This document shows positions 17,258 to 26,796 of a stretch of DNA of 38,364 nucleotides, in pieces. Numbering within the stretch: the stretch's first letter is position 1; each line of letters begins with the position of its first letter. The notes beneath the pieces were generated by a model that saw only the letters and a list, made by a program, of their open reading frames with translations, did not search any database and was not told the origin of the DNA. This DNA comes from Thermodesulfovibrionales bacterium. GTDB taxonomy: Bacteria; Nitrospirota; Thermodesulfovibrionia; Thermodesulfovibrionales; UBA6898. The stretch is taken from NCBI GenBank assembly GCA_044450345.1, contig JBIOIY010000028.1, forward strand, positions 1 to 38,364, written 5' to 3'. The position numbers and the translations under genes were made by a program.

Positions 17258-17887
17258 ATGAAATTCGCACCTGAAGGTTATCCATTTATTATTTTTTTCG
17301 GGATCGTTACGATAGCGACCGCTTTTTTCGGAGGCATCTTCTTTGTTTTCCTGCCTCTCATTCTCACCCTCTTTATGTTCTACTTCTTCCGTGATCCGGA
17401 GAGGCTTGTCCCAAAAGATAAAAATGTTTTTGTATCTCCTGCAGATGGGAAGGTCATTTTGATAAGGGACGTGCATGAGTTGAAGTACCTTCACGCGGAC
17501 GTAAAAGAGATCAGCATTTTCATGTCCCCCATGAACGTCCACGTAAACCGCTCGCCCTGCGATGGAAGGGTGAAGATGGTGAAACATAACGAAGGGCGGT
17601 TTTGTGCCGCTTACAAAGATGAGGCCTCCGTCTGCAACGAGAATATCGAAATGGTGCTCGAAACCGGATACGGCGATGTGCTTGTAAAGCAGGTTGCCGG
17701 CTTTCTGGCCAGAAGGGCGGTATGCAGAAAAAAGGAGGGCGATATCCTGAGGCGCGGCGAGCGATACGGCGTCATAAAGTTCAGCTCCAGAGTCGATCTG
17801 TATATCCCCGGCAACGCGAAGATCAGGATTAAGCTTGGGGACATGGTGACGGCCGGAGAGACTATACTCGGCGATATGCCGGATTAA
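17258..17887 (+). CDS. psd: Phosphatidylserine decarboxylase proenzyme (short type)
   Basis: YFFRDPER, SPADGKV, SIFMSPMNVHVNRSP, QVAG..ARR, KFSSRVD cleavage motif. Confidence 0.93.
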   Translation: MKFAPEGYPFIIFFGIVTIATAFFGGIFFVFLPLILTLFMFYFFRDPERLVPKDKNVFVSPADGKVILIRDVHELKYLHADVKEISIFMSPMNVHVNRSPCDGRVKMVKHNEGRFCAAYKDEASVCNENIEMVLETGYGDVLVKQVAGFLARRAVCRKKEGDILRRGERYGVIKFSSRVDLYIPGNAKIRIKLGDMVTAGETILGDMPD

Positions 17888-18798
17888 CTCTCGTCATCTT
17901 CTGCGACGAACCCGTGGCAATTGACCGGCGGGGGGGTTCCTCTTTTTTCGTCTGAAACTTCTGTCTCGTCATGCCGGGGCTTGTTCTTGCGATTTTGGGC
18001 CACCAGCGCTTTGACCGCTTCCCACCCTACTGTCTTCATTTCGGCCATTCTTGTGATTTCTTCCAGAGCAGTCCTGTTATCGTAGGAAGCGGGCCGGTAT
18101 GGCCTCGGCGAAAGGAGAGCATCGTAGACATCGCAGACAACGATGATCTCTGTCATGAGGTCCGTCAGGTGTATGCCGCGCGGCTTGCCGGAACCATCTC
18201 TTCTCTCGTGATGGTCCCTCGCCACGACAGCGGCAAGGTTGTTGAGGTCGCCGAGGTAATAGATGAGCAGAACATAGCCTGCAGCGGCATGATGATCGAG
18301 AATGCTCCTCTCGGTCCTGGTGAGCGGGGTCTGCTTCTGTAGAATATGCGGGGGAACGCAGATTTTACCGATATCGTGAGTAGGGCCGATCGATACCCCT
18401 TTTATCCTGTCAGCATAGTCCGGTATCAGGTCTTTTGCGATTAGTGTGGAAAGTGCGAACACCATGAGATTATGACAATAGGTGTGGTAGTCGTATGTCT
18501 TGAAATGATTCAGCGTCTGCAGCACAGGGAGGACAAGGTGGACCGTTTCCATTATGGACAGGAGTTCGCCCGTATTTTCCCGCCTGGACAATATTGAGTC
18601 ATATGGTGGCTTGCCGATGAGGCGGAGCATGTCATGCTTCACTGTGCCATGGCCGAGTAGCGAATAGGTTTGATTGGAGCCAGCCGCCGGTGAAGAAATC
18701 AATTCTTCTAAGATCTCCTTAGAAAGCATGGCTCCGGCGGGGAGCAGGAGTTGATTTTCCATAGTATAGACCGGATAAGCGAGTCTCAAGGTATCCAT
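17884..18798 (-). CDS. HD-GYP-domain phosphohydrolase (GKP variant)
   Basis: TYCH, HDIGK, HHERRDGSGKP, DVYDALLSPRPYR; start reassigned to ATG 18798 (SD GGGGGA). Confidence 0.88.
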   Translation of the reverse strand: MDTLRLAYPVYTMENQLLLPAGAMLSKEILEELISSPAAGSNQTYSLLGHGTVKHDMLRLIGKPPYDSILSRRENTGELLSIMETVHLVLPVLQTLNHFKTYDYHTYCHNLMVFALSTLIAKDLIPDYADRIKGVSIGPTHDIGKICVPPHILQKQTPLTRTERSILDHHAAAGYVLLIYYLGDLNNLAAVVARDHHERRDGSGKPRGIHLTDLMTEIIVVCDVYDALLSPRPYRPASYDNRTALEEITRMAEMKTVGWEAVKALVAQNRKNKPRHDETEVSDEKRGTPPPVNCHGFVAEDDES

Positions 18799-19070
18799 AA
18801 GGTGTCCCCCATATCGGACTGCGGATGCCGCGATTTTAAGTTGCTCGAAGCCCCACCCAAATCTATAACAAGCTTTAGAATTTCCCTGAGTGCTTTGCAA
18901 ACGGATTATACCATATTCGCATACTTCGAAGAAAGGCCGATGTGTGCGGGAATAAATAGCTTTTGATAGTCGGGCACCGGGCAGGGGTACAGCGTGATTA
19001 TGGTATACTTTACAATTGCAGTGTGCGGGTGGGCCGAAGGTGATGCAGGCGCAAGGAAGGAAAATATACG

Positions 19071-20756
19071 ATGAGCAATGAACCTGATAAAGTCATTTAC
19101 TCCATGGTCGGAGTGAGCAAATATTACGACAAAAAGCCGGTTTTGAAGGACATCTATCTCTCCTATTTTTACGGGGCGAAGATAGGTGTCCTCGGTCTTA
19201 ACGGATCTGGGAAAAGCTCCCTTCTCCGTATCCTTGCGGGGAGGGACAAGGAGTTCAACGGGGAGACCGTCCTCTCCCCGGGGCACACCGTGGATTTTCT
19301 CGAACAGGAGCCGGAACTGGACAACAGAAAGACAGTGCGGGAGGTCGTGGAAGAAGGGGTGCAGGAGACGGTAGATGCCCTTAAGGAATATACCCTCATC
19401 AACGAAAAATTCGCCGAGCCTGTGTCGGACGACGAGATGAACAAGCTTATCGAACGTCAGGGAAAGGTGCAGGAGAAGCTCGATGCCCTTGATGCATGGG
19501 ACCTTGATTCACGCCTTGAGATGGCTATGGACGCCCTGAGGTGTCCTGCCGGAGATACCCCGGTCAAGGTCCTTTCCGGGGGCGAAAGAAGGCGAGTGGC
19601 CCTTTGCAGACTTCTTCTGAAAAAGCCGGATATCCTCCTCCTCGACGAACCCACCAACCACCTGGATGCCGAGACGGTTGCCTGGCTGGAGCACCATCTG
19701 CAGGGCTATCCCGGCACAGTCATCGCGGTAACGCATGACCGCTATTTCCTCGATAATGTTGCCGGGTGGATCCTTGAACTCGACAGGGGCGAGGGGATCC
19801 CATGGAAGGGAAACTATTCATCCTGGCTGGAACAGAAGAAAAACCGTCTGCAGCAGGAGGAGAAGACCGAGAGCGAGAGGCAAAAAACCCTGCAGCGCGA
19901 ACTAGAGTGGATACAGATGTCTCCAAAAGGTCGCCACGCAAAGGCGAAGGCGCGCATAAATTCCTATGAGGCATTGCTGAGCCAGGATATCGACAAAAGG
20001 TCAAAGGAACTTGAAATCTACGTCCCGCCAGGTCCCAGGCTGGGCAGCGTCGTTATCGATGCGGACAACGTGTCCAAGGCCTACGGAGATAACATCCTCG
20101 TCGAAGGGATGACCTTCTCACTTCCTCCAGGCGGAATCGTGGGGATAATCGGGCCCAACGGGGCAGGAAAGACCACCCTTTTCAGGATGATCACCGGCGG
20201 GGAAAAGCCTGATTCCGGCGTCTTCAGGATCGGAGAAACCGTCAAGCTGGCATATGTCGACCAGAGCCGTGATGACCTCGATCGGAACAAGAGCATATGG
20301 GAGGTCATTTCCGGAGGTGAGGATGCCATTCAGCTGGGGAAGAGGCAGATCAACTCCCGGGCCTATGTGGCACGCTTCAATTTTTCCGGTTCCGATCAGC
20401 AGAAAAAGGTTTCGATGCTCTCAGGAGGAGAAAGGAACCGTGTCCATCTCGCGCGCATGCTCAAGGAAGAGGCCAATGTCCTCCTTCTTGACGAGCCTAC
20501 CAACGATCTGGACGTCAACACCATGCGTGCTCTGGAAGAGGCATTGGAGAATTTTGCGGGCTGCGCCGTTGTCATCAGCCACGACCGGTGGTTCCTCGAC
20601 CGTATCGCTACCCACATCCTCGCGTTTGAAGGCGACAGCAAAGTGGTCTGGTTCGATGGGAACTACTCTGAGTACGAGGAAGACAGAAAGGCCCGCCTCG
20701 GCGCCGAGGCAGACCAGCCCCACCGGATCAAATACAGGCATTTGTCGAGGGGATAA
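19071..20756 (+). CDS. ettA: Energy-dependent translational throttle ABC-F protein
   Basis: GAKIGVLGLNGSGKS, two ABC domains, ELEWIQMSPKGRHAK linker, C-terminal PHRIKYR. Confidence 0.96.
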   Translation: MSNEPDKVIYSMVGVSKYYDKKPVLKDIYLSYFYGAKIGVLGLNGSGKSSLLRILAGRDKEFNGETVLSPGHTVDFLEQEPELDNRKTVREVVEEGVQETVDALKEYTLINEKFAEPVSDDEMNKLIERQGKVQEKLDALDAWDLDSRLEMAMDALRCPAGDTPVKVLSGGERRRVALCRLLLKKPDILLLDEPTNHLDAETVAWLEHHLQGYPGTVIAVTHDRYFLDNVAGWILELDRGEGIPWKGNYSSWLEQKKNRLQQEEKTESERQKTLQRELEWIQMSPKGRHAKAKARINSYEALLSQDIDKRSKELEIYVPPGPRLGSVVIDADNVSKAYGDNILVEGMTFSLPPGGIVGIIGPNGAGKTTLFRMITGGEKPDSGVFRIGETVKLAYVDQSRDDLDRNKSIWEVISGGEDAIQLGKRQINSRAYVARFNFSGSDQQKKVSMLSGGERNRVHLARMLKEEANVLLLDEPTNDLDVNTMRALEEALENFAGCAVVISHDRWFLDRIATHILAFEGDSKVVWFDGNYSEYEEDRKARLGAEADQPHRIKYRHLSRG

Positions 20757-21021
20757 GCAACGGATCAGAGGACATTGACTGTGAACGCCGACAAAAAATT
20801 CGATCCGAAGAAACTCGCAAAATATTCTGTGCTCCCTTATCACTATTTTCTGATCGGAACAAGGAGCCGGATGTTTGACGGAGCTTGAATTTTGGGGCCG
20901 CTTCCAATATCAGGATTGTAAATAAAGCCTGAAATATCAGCGCGTCAATAGTCCAACCGACACACCTCGGTTATCAGACTTTTGGTCCCGTTCTTACAGG
21001 GAGGGCATTGCTGAAAAAAGT

Positions 21022-22074
21022 TTATCTTCCGAAAGATTTGAGGACCCGGAGAAAAACAGGATCAATCTTCGTTAGTGAACTGAGCACGAACTCTTCGATG
21101 CCTCTGTTATCAGATAGAAGGAGGCCGCCGGGCAAGACATCCTGCTTAATTTGCGCTCGCCCCATGGACTCGTGACCGCCCGCGCTACCTATGTGTCCGA
21201 ATGCGGTGCGAGCCAGGTAGCCCGCGTCCTTTTTAATGCCATCGTTTCGGAAGATTATCACCAGTGTGTTGCCCACCACCCCGGAAACCAGCGCCCATGA
21301 TACGTTTTCCACCCGGATAAAGAAGTCCGCCACCTGCACGCAAACGTCGAAGAACGGGACCGGCCCTAGATGTGAAAACATAACTCCCTCCAAAAAATGC
21401 CTTCTGACCAGCGCTATGCTGAAGTAGTCGAGTCCCTCCCTGGAAAACTGCGAGAACTCTATCTGCTTGACAATATCCAAGTCTGCCTTGCTCCTAAGCC
21501 ATCTTATGGCATCAACGTCGCCGTGGCTCATGTCAACCATGAAATGGCGCGTGTCCGTTTTAATCCCATAAAAGAGGGCACTTGCAAGGTCTTTTGTAAG
21601 ACGTGTGCCGGCGGTCCTCAGATATTCTGTCAAAATTGACGAAGTGGACAGGTAATTGGGCCGTACGTCGGCAAACCCGGCTGGGATACCATCCGGGAGT
21701 GGATGGTGGTCTATCACGATATCGCACCGCGGAAGGCTGAAGTCGGTGAAGAAACGGGGCTGGGAGTCAACCAGCGCTATAATGTCCGACTGGCCGGCCT
21801 CCTCCTCGCTGACTGGAAATGCCGGGATCTTTAATCGCCTTATCATAGAGGCATTCTCCGGCCTCCCGATAGCCCCCGTATAGCCTATATTGACTACGTT
21901 CTTTTTTGTCTTAAGTATCTTTTTGAGGGCAAGGGCGCTGGCGAGTGCGTCCGGATCGGGATTCGCATATATTATGACGCTGATGTGTTTCGCCCCGTCG
22001 CATACTTCCCTCATGCGTTCAAGCTTGTTACGGGTGTTATCATGTACCTGCATGTATCTATTTTTTGCTGTCAT
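21022..22074 (-). CDS. DHH/DHHA1-family phosphoesterase
   Basis: NPDPDALAS, LVDSQ, VIDHH, GIKTDT, SAGGH; start uncertain (22074 or 22053). Confidence 0.9.
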   Translation of the reverse strand: MTAKNRYMQVHDNTRNKLERMREVCDGAKHISVIIYANPDPDALASALALKKILKTKKNVVNIGYTGAIGRPENASMIRRLKIPAFPVSEEEAGQSDIIALVDSQPRFFTDFSLPRCDIVIDHHPLPDGIPAGFADVRPNYLSTSSILTEYLRTAGTRLTKDLASALFYGIKTDTRHFMVDMSHGDVDAIRWLRSKADLDIVKQIEFSQFSREGLDYFSIALVRRHFLEGVMFSHLGPVPFFDVCVQVADFFIRVENVSWALVSGVVGNTLVIIFRNDGIKKDAGYLARTAFGHIGSAGGHESMGRAQIKQDVLPGGLLLSDNRGIEEFVLSSLTKIDPVFLRVLKSFGR

Positions 22075-22175
22075 CAATTAATTAATAGCACAATAACGGG
22101 CATTTGTGAAAAAAATGTTCTAAATACCCCTTGGACATCCAGCGGCTTGTGGCTGCAATTCTCGCCCCTACTCCG

Positions 22176-22197
22176 GAGGCTGTCAATTAGTCAAGTG
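22176..22197 (+). repeat. Left imperfect direct repeat flanking the wHTH-NTase cassette
   Basis: GAGGCTGTCA-ATTAG-TCAAGTG, matching 23203-23223. Confidence 0.55.
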
Positions 22198-22204
22198 GAG
22201 GCAC

Positions 22205-22268
22205 TTGACAATACCGGATTATTATATTACCATTTAATATGGTAATATAACCATATATCATGGTAATA
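22205..22268 (+). promoter_or_regulatory. Sigma70 promoter overlapped by two tandem ACCAT-N5-ATGGT operators
   Basis: TTGACA-17-TACCAT; perfect 12-bp arms TTATATTACCAT-ttaat-ATGGTAATATAA (22222-22250); second copy TATAACCAT-atatc-ATGGTAATA (22246-22268). Confidence 0.8.
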
Positions 22269-22277
22269 GGCGGGGTT

Positions 22278-22607
22278 ATGCTTGAAGGCGTTTTCGGTAA
22301 TGTTACAGTTGAAAAAGTCCTTTTTACTCTCTACGTGTATGGGGAGGGATACCCGCTGGGCATGGCGAGGACCTTTGGAGAACCGGTCAACAGGTTTCAG
22401 CAGCAGCTGAGGCGACTCGAAAATACCGGTATCGTGGTGAGCCGCCTCATAGGCAGGGTGAGACTCTATACGTACAATCCCCGATATCCGTTTCTCGATG
22501 AGTTGAAGGCCCTTGTTGCCAGGGCCTATGAATTTCTCCCCGAAAAAGAAAAGGATGCCTATTACAGAAAGCGTACGAGGCCGCGGAGGGCCGGCAAGCC
22601 CCTGTGA
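22278..22607 (+). CDS. Winged helix-turn-helix protein, putative antitoxin/autorepressor
   Basis: QQQLRRLENTGIVVSRLIGRVRLYTYNPRYPF wing, basic tail; GTGA overlap with the next gene. Confidence 0.85.
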   Translation: MLEGVFGNVTVEKVLFTLYVYGEGYPLGMARTFGEPVNRFQQQLRRLENTGIVVSRLIGRVRLYTYNPRYPFLDELKALVARAYEFLPEKEKDAYYRKRTRPRRAGKPL

Positions 22608-23143
22608 GGATCGACTGGAAGCGAATAGGAATCAAGGAACTGGCAGCCCTCGTATCAGTGAAACTCCGTAGAAAAGGGATTGATGCGATTCTGGTCGGCG
22701 GGGCCTGTGTTTCGATCTATACAAAAAATATATATCAGTCATTCGATCTTGATTTTGTCGCTCATGCTGCAATGAAAGAGCTCACATCTGTGCTTTCCGA
22801 AATGGGTTTTCGAAAGGGGAGCTCACGTCATTTCATCCGTCCGGACTGTCCATATTTTATCGAATTTGTTGCTCCTCCAGCTGCCATAGGAAAAGAACCA
22901 ATCAGGGAAGAGAAAGAACTGAGAACAAGGCTGGGCACTATCGTACTACTGACACCGACGGACTGTGTTAAGGACAGATTGGCAGCTTATTATTATTGGA
23001 ACGACCCGCAGGCTCTGGAGCAGGCGCTCATGGTGGCAAATGCGCAAGAAATAAATTTTCGGGGGATAAAAAGGTGGTCGGAGAAAGAGGGCCAGGCAGA
23101 TAAATATGATGAATTCAGGAAGAGGCTGAAAAAGAAACAATGA
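22604..23143 (+). CDS. Nucleotidyltransferase-fold protein, putative toxin
   Basis: LVGGACVSIY...SFDLDFV (GG...DxD Pol-beta-type signature); translationally coupled to the wHTH gene. Confidence 0.8.
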   Translation: MRIDWKRIGIKELAALVSVKLRRKGIDAILVGGACVSIYTKNIYQSFDLDFVAHAAMKELTSVLSEMGFRKGSSRHFIRPDCPYFIEFVAPPAAIGKEPIREEKELRTRLGTIVLLTPTDCVKDRLAAYYYWNDPQALEQALMVANAQEINFRGIKRWSEKEGQADKYDEFRKRLKKKQ

Positions 23144-23202
23144 TAAATCATTCACCGCCGGATCTTCCGGAGTAAACAGTTATTTCTTTAATAGAAACTG
23201 CA

Positions 23203-23223
23203 GAGGCTGTCATCAATCAAGTG
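23203..23223 (+). repeat. Right imperfect direct repeat flanking the wHTH-NTase cassette
   Basis: GAGGCTGTCA-TCAA-TCAAGTG. Confidence 0.55.
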
Positions 23224-23271
23224 ACTTCATGCCGGAAGATAAGTATCCCCATTTCCCCCATGATGCTCATA

Positions 23272-23478
23272 TCACGGGTCTGATTTACGCCCCTTTCCCT
23301 TTTTCCAAAAGGCCACATCGCTTATCATGAGCCTCAGCATCTCACGGGGTGTTTTTTTTGCCACTTCCTTGCATCTACAGTTTTCTTCATGTTCCTCGTT
23401 TACTTCCTGTTCAGGTAATTTCCCCTTTTTCACGACCTCTTTCCCCGCACCGGCGGATGGCTCTTTATATTTCGTCAT
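23272..23478 (-). CDS. Small hypothetical protein
   Basis: 68 aa, SD AAGGAG, CRC followed by an amphipathic TPREMLRLMISDVAFWKK. Confidence 0.55.
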   Translation of the reverse strand: MTKYKEPSAGAGKEVVKKGKLPEQEVNEEHEENCRCKEVAKKTPREMLRLMISDVAFWKKGKGRKSDP

Positions 23479-23588
23479 GTCGCGCTCCTTGATTTATTCT
23501 ACCTTACCCTGAGATAAAAGTAGCATCTGAGCGATATGAAATGTTTAGCAGAACCTTAGGGTAGTCTCACGCAGTACCCGTAAAGAGT

Positions 23589-24083
23589 TTAGCAGCCTGA
23601 CCTCACGCCGGCATTCTTAGTAGCCGCATAGGGCAGTGATTTATCGCAGACGGCCTTCTGTACGATATCAAGACCGCTTCCCGGAGATATGGTCTCCCAG
23701 GGGGCCTTGGGGTGGTCCGCAGAATGAATAATGTTTTTGTTTATGTCGTACAGGATCGTCATTAATTCCCGGTGATTGTTTTTTGAACAGTCTATTTCGG
23801 TCAGGAGGCCCGAATACGAGTAGGCAAGCGCCTTGTCGTCCCTGCCCTTATTCATAAATAGTTCCCTCGCCGCCATCAATACGTTACTATCTTCGTCGGG
23901 AACTATCTTTACCCACAGGCTTATCGCATTGCCGCGCGAATAGGCCATGCTCCTCACGTTGATATAGATATCCTTGCTGAGCGAAGTCCATCCTTCGGAA
24001 TCTTCGGCAGCGAAGGCGCCGCCCCCAAAGGCAAAGAAAATGAACATTAAAGATGCTGCAGATATGATCGAGAGTCTTTTCAT
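23589..24083 (-). CDS. Exported protein resembling the surface-adhesin E family
   Basis: SD GGAGGT; signal peptide ending AFA; pattern W..YIN..SLWVK..EIDC..YD..WETISPGS..VC. Confidence 0.7.
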   Translation of the reverse strand: MKRLSIISAASLMFIFFAFGGGAFAAEDSEGWTSLSKDIYINVRSMAYSRGNAISLWVKIVPDEDSNVLMAARELFMNKGRDDKALAYSYSGLLTEIDCSKNNHRELMTILYDINKNIIHSADHPKAPWETISPGSGLDIVQKAVCDKSLPYAATKNAGVRSGC

Positions 24084-24128
24084 AATCAAACCTCCTGACG
24101 ATCTGAAATCACTACTTCCATCTTTTAC

Positions 24129-24245
24129 CTAAATGTCGTGGCACCCGGAACATAAAGTTCCCTTAGGCATACGGACCCTTGCGGGCGCATCTGCCCCGGC
24201 CTGGGCCGGCTGTCTCTTTGTTAAAAGGGGGCTAGCCGCCTTCAT
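24129..24245 (-). pseudogene. 38-codon ORF ending in a CxxCH heme motif; probable collapsed cytochrome c gene or a micro-protein
   Basis: SD GGGGAGGT; MKAASPLLTKRQPAQAGADAPARVRMPKGTLCSGCHDI-TAG; below the ORF-track length cutoff. Confidence 0.5.
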
Positions 24246-24658
24246 CCTTACCTCCCCGTGTGAGATATTCGTTTTCACTTTCAAGTTGACCTAATTCTGC
24301 CATAAAGCCTTGAAAAAGCCTAATTAAATTAAGTTAACAAATAATTATAATTAAGGATTCAGGTGCGCTCTTTCCATAATTTTTTGTGATAAACTTTGAT
24401 GCAACGCCCATATTGCGACCAACGACGTACGGCTATCATTACTGAGCGGATTCGACAAGGAGTATTAATGGCAAAGCACACTGCGACAATCGATGAAGAT
24501 ACGCGTCAGAGGGTTGATCCGCCGGGCAACAAACTATTAAAAAAAATTATGGATTTATTAGCCATTTATATGTTACATTTGTTGGCAGAAATAACTATAT
24601 TAAACATATGCATAGCAATCGCATGAGCGATGCCATACTAAAAGATGAGGAGTGAGCA

Positions 24659-26761
24659 ATGTCAGCCGAATCAGCTATTGAAAAAAAGGAGACGCATTTC
24701 GAGCGCGTGAAGGCGCTGAAGGATTCGAGACCCTATTCACCCTGCCGGGCGGCTTGCCCGGTAAATACGGACGTACAGGCTTATGTGGGGTTTATCGCCC
24801 AGGGGCGTTACAACGAGGCATTTGAGGTTATCCGGTCCGTGAACCCGATCGCATCAGTATGTTCGATGATCTGTCATCATCCCTGCGAGCAGTCCTGCCG
24901 GCGCTGTTCTGTGGATGAACCCCTTGCTGTCCGCCCTCTCAAGAGGTTTGTTTTGGAGAAGGCCGCGGATTACCGCCGGAACAAACGCAGGCTTGTGGAG
25001 AAAACGAAAGGCAAAAGCATCGGGATCATAGGTTCAGGACCTTCGGGACTGACAGCGGCAAATGATCTTGCGGACCTCGGCTACCAGGTGACGATTTATG
25101 AACGCCATCCCGTATTAGGCGGCATGCTCGCTTCTGCTATCCCGCCTTACCGTCTCCCGAGGAAGACCCTGCAGGAAGATATCGATGATGTGATTGCAAA
25201 GGGCGTCGAGGTCAAGACGAACTGTGAGATAGGCAAGGACATCACTATTAAAGATATCATCGGCAAGCACGCCGCGGTGCTGCTTGCCGTCGGGCTTTCA
25301 CAGAGTCGTTCACTGAACATTCCCGGGGTCGAGGGCGTGGGCGTTCTGCTCGCAATACCTTTCCTAGAGGATGTAGCTTTTGACAGGAAACCAGCATTAG
25401 GAAAAAAGGTGCTGGTCATCGGCGGCGGTAACGTTGCAATGGACGTGGCCCGCTCAGCCAGACGATTCGGCGTTAAAAATGTCGAGATGGTCTGTCTTGA
25501 AAGTGCAGAGGAGATGCCTGCGTGGAAGTGGGAAGTGGACGAGGCTGTTGAAGAAGGCATTAATATACACCATCGCTGGGGGCCAAAGGCGGTAAGCCGT
25601 GAAGGCGGCAAGGTTAAAGGACTTGAAGTTGTTAAGGTAACACAGGTGTTTGACAAAAACGGGAGGTTCAATCCTACCTACGATAATAACCAGACAATGC
25701 TCATCGAAGCCGATACCATAATCATTACCATCGGGCAGATGGCGAATGTCTCATTCCTGAAGAACAGTCCGGTCCAGGTGGATGAGAGGGGCCGCGTGGC
25801 CTGGGACCCGAAAACCCATATGAGCAGCGCCCAGGGTATTTTCTGCTCGGGAGAGGTGGTGGCCGGTCCAGGATCTGCCATAGCTGCAGCGGCGAGCGGG
25901 CATCGGTCGGCCATGGCGATCCATCTCTATCTGCAGGGAGAAAAGATCGAAGGTAACCTTCCGTCATATGAGAAGGATAAGATATCACAACTGCCCGAAG
26001 ACGTTATCAATAGAATCAATAAAGAGCCGAGGATGAAGCTCAATCATCTCCCGCCGGAGACCCGCTGCAGTTCTTTTACAGCCTTTGAATTCAGCTATAA
26101 TGAGGAAGAGGCGCTCAAAGAGGCCGGACGCTGCCGCGGGTGCGGCGGCGGCGCAGTCGTTGACACTAAGAAATGCATGGCATGTCTCACCTGTCAAAGG
26201 GTCTGCCCCTACGGCGCTCCGGTCGTAACGTCAGTCTCGGAGATACGGCCCGAGTACTGCCAGGCATGCGGCTTATGTGCGCCGGAATGTCCCGGGCAGG
26301 CTATCAGTATGGTGAGTTATGATGTGAGGGAGTTTCGCGATACGCTGCCGTCGGTTGTGGGCGCCGTCGACCCGAAACGGCAGGAACCGGTGATAGTCGC
26401 TTTCCTCTGTTCGCATCACGTAGGTGTACTCGGCTTCGGGCTGCCTGAGAATGTGCGCAAAGTCCCGGTACACTGCACGAGTCGTGTGGACGTAAACGAT
26501 CTGTTGAAGGCCCTTGAGTGCGGGGCCGACGGTGTGGCGGTCGTACGTTGTTCCGGAGTTGCCTGTAAATATAAGGGTATTGAGAACCGCGTAATGGCCC
26601 GCGTCGAAAGGACAAAGCAGTTGGTGGGCATGCTGGGAATGGAAGCAGGCCGCATCGAGATTTTGACAGCGGATTCGCATAACGGGAATTCTTATACCGC
26701 GGTCTGTACGGATTTCACAAACAGGGTCAGGCAGATTGGGTTAAGAGTCGCCAAACCATAA
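24659..26761 (+). CDS. GltD/NfnB(DsrL)-like FAD/NAD(P) oxidoreductase fused to a 2x[4Fe-4S] ferredoxin and an MvhD/FlpD domain
   Basis: PCRAACP..VCSMICHHPCEQSC, IIGSGPSG, VIGGGNVAMD, EAGRCRGC, CMACLTCQRVCP, CQACGLCAPECP, FLC..HCTSRV..GADGV..C..ACKY. Confidence 0.9.
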   Translation: MSAESAIEKKETHFERVKALKDSRPYSPCRAACPVNTDVQAYVGFIAQGRYNEAFEVIRSVNPIASVCSMICHHPCEQSCRRCSVDEPLAVRPLKRFVLEKAADYRRNKRRLVEKTKGKSIGIIGSGPSGLTAANDLADLGYQVTIYERHPVLGGMLASAIPPYRLPRKTLQEDIDDVIAKGVEVKTNCEIGKDITIKDIIGKHAAVLLAVGLSQSRSLNIPGVEGVGVLLAIPFLEDVAFDRKPALGKKVLVIGGGNVAMDVARSARRFGVKNVEMVCLESAEEMPAWKWEVDEAVEEGINIHHRWGPKAVSREGGKVKGLEVVKVTQVFDKNGRFNPTYDNNQTMLIEADTIIITIGQMANVSFLKNSPVQVDERGRVAWDPKTHMSSAQGIFCSGEVVAGPGSAIAAAASGHRSAMAIHLYLQGEKIEGNLPSYEKDKISQLPEDVINRINKEPRMKLNHLPPETRCSSFTAFEFSYNEEEALKEAGRCRGCGGGAVVDTKKCMACLTCQRVCPYGAPVVTSVSEIRPEYCQACGLCAPECPGQAISMVSYDVREFRDTLPSVVGAVDPKRQEPVIVAFLCSHHVGVLGFGLPENVRKVPVHCTSRVDVNDLLKALECGADGVAVVRCSGVACKYKGIENRVMARVERTKQLVGMLGMEAGRIEILTADSHNGNSYTAVCTDFTNRVRQIGLRVAKP

Positions 26762-26796
26762 TTATTCTTAGAAACCGATATAAAGGAGCAGGGACT

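Noticed and set aside
24135..24260. Possible riboswitch (c-di-GMP-I, ZTP or Moco) in GC-rich hairpins upstream of the exported protein
   Set aside because: Local hairpins exist but I could not match the conserved core of any of these classes; the SD-led CxxCH ORF explains the region better. An Rfam scan would settle it
24468..24626. 52-codon ORF MAKHTATIDED... with SD AAGGAG
   Set aside because: No recognisable motif and the 3' half runs through AT-rich promoter-like DNA; may be another remnant but cannot be supported
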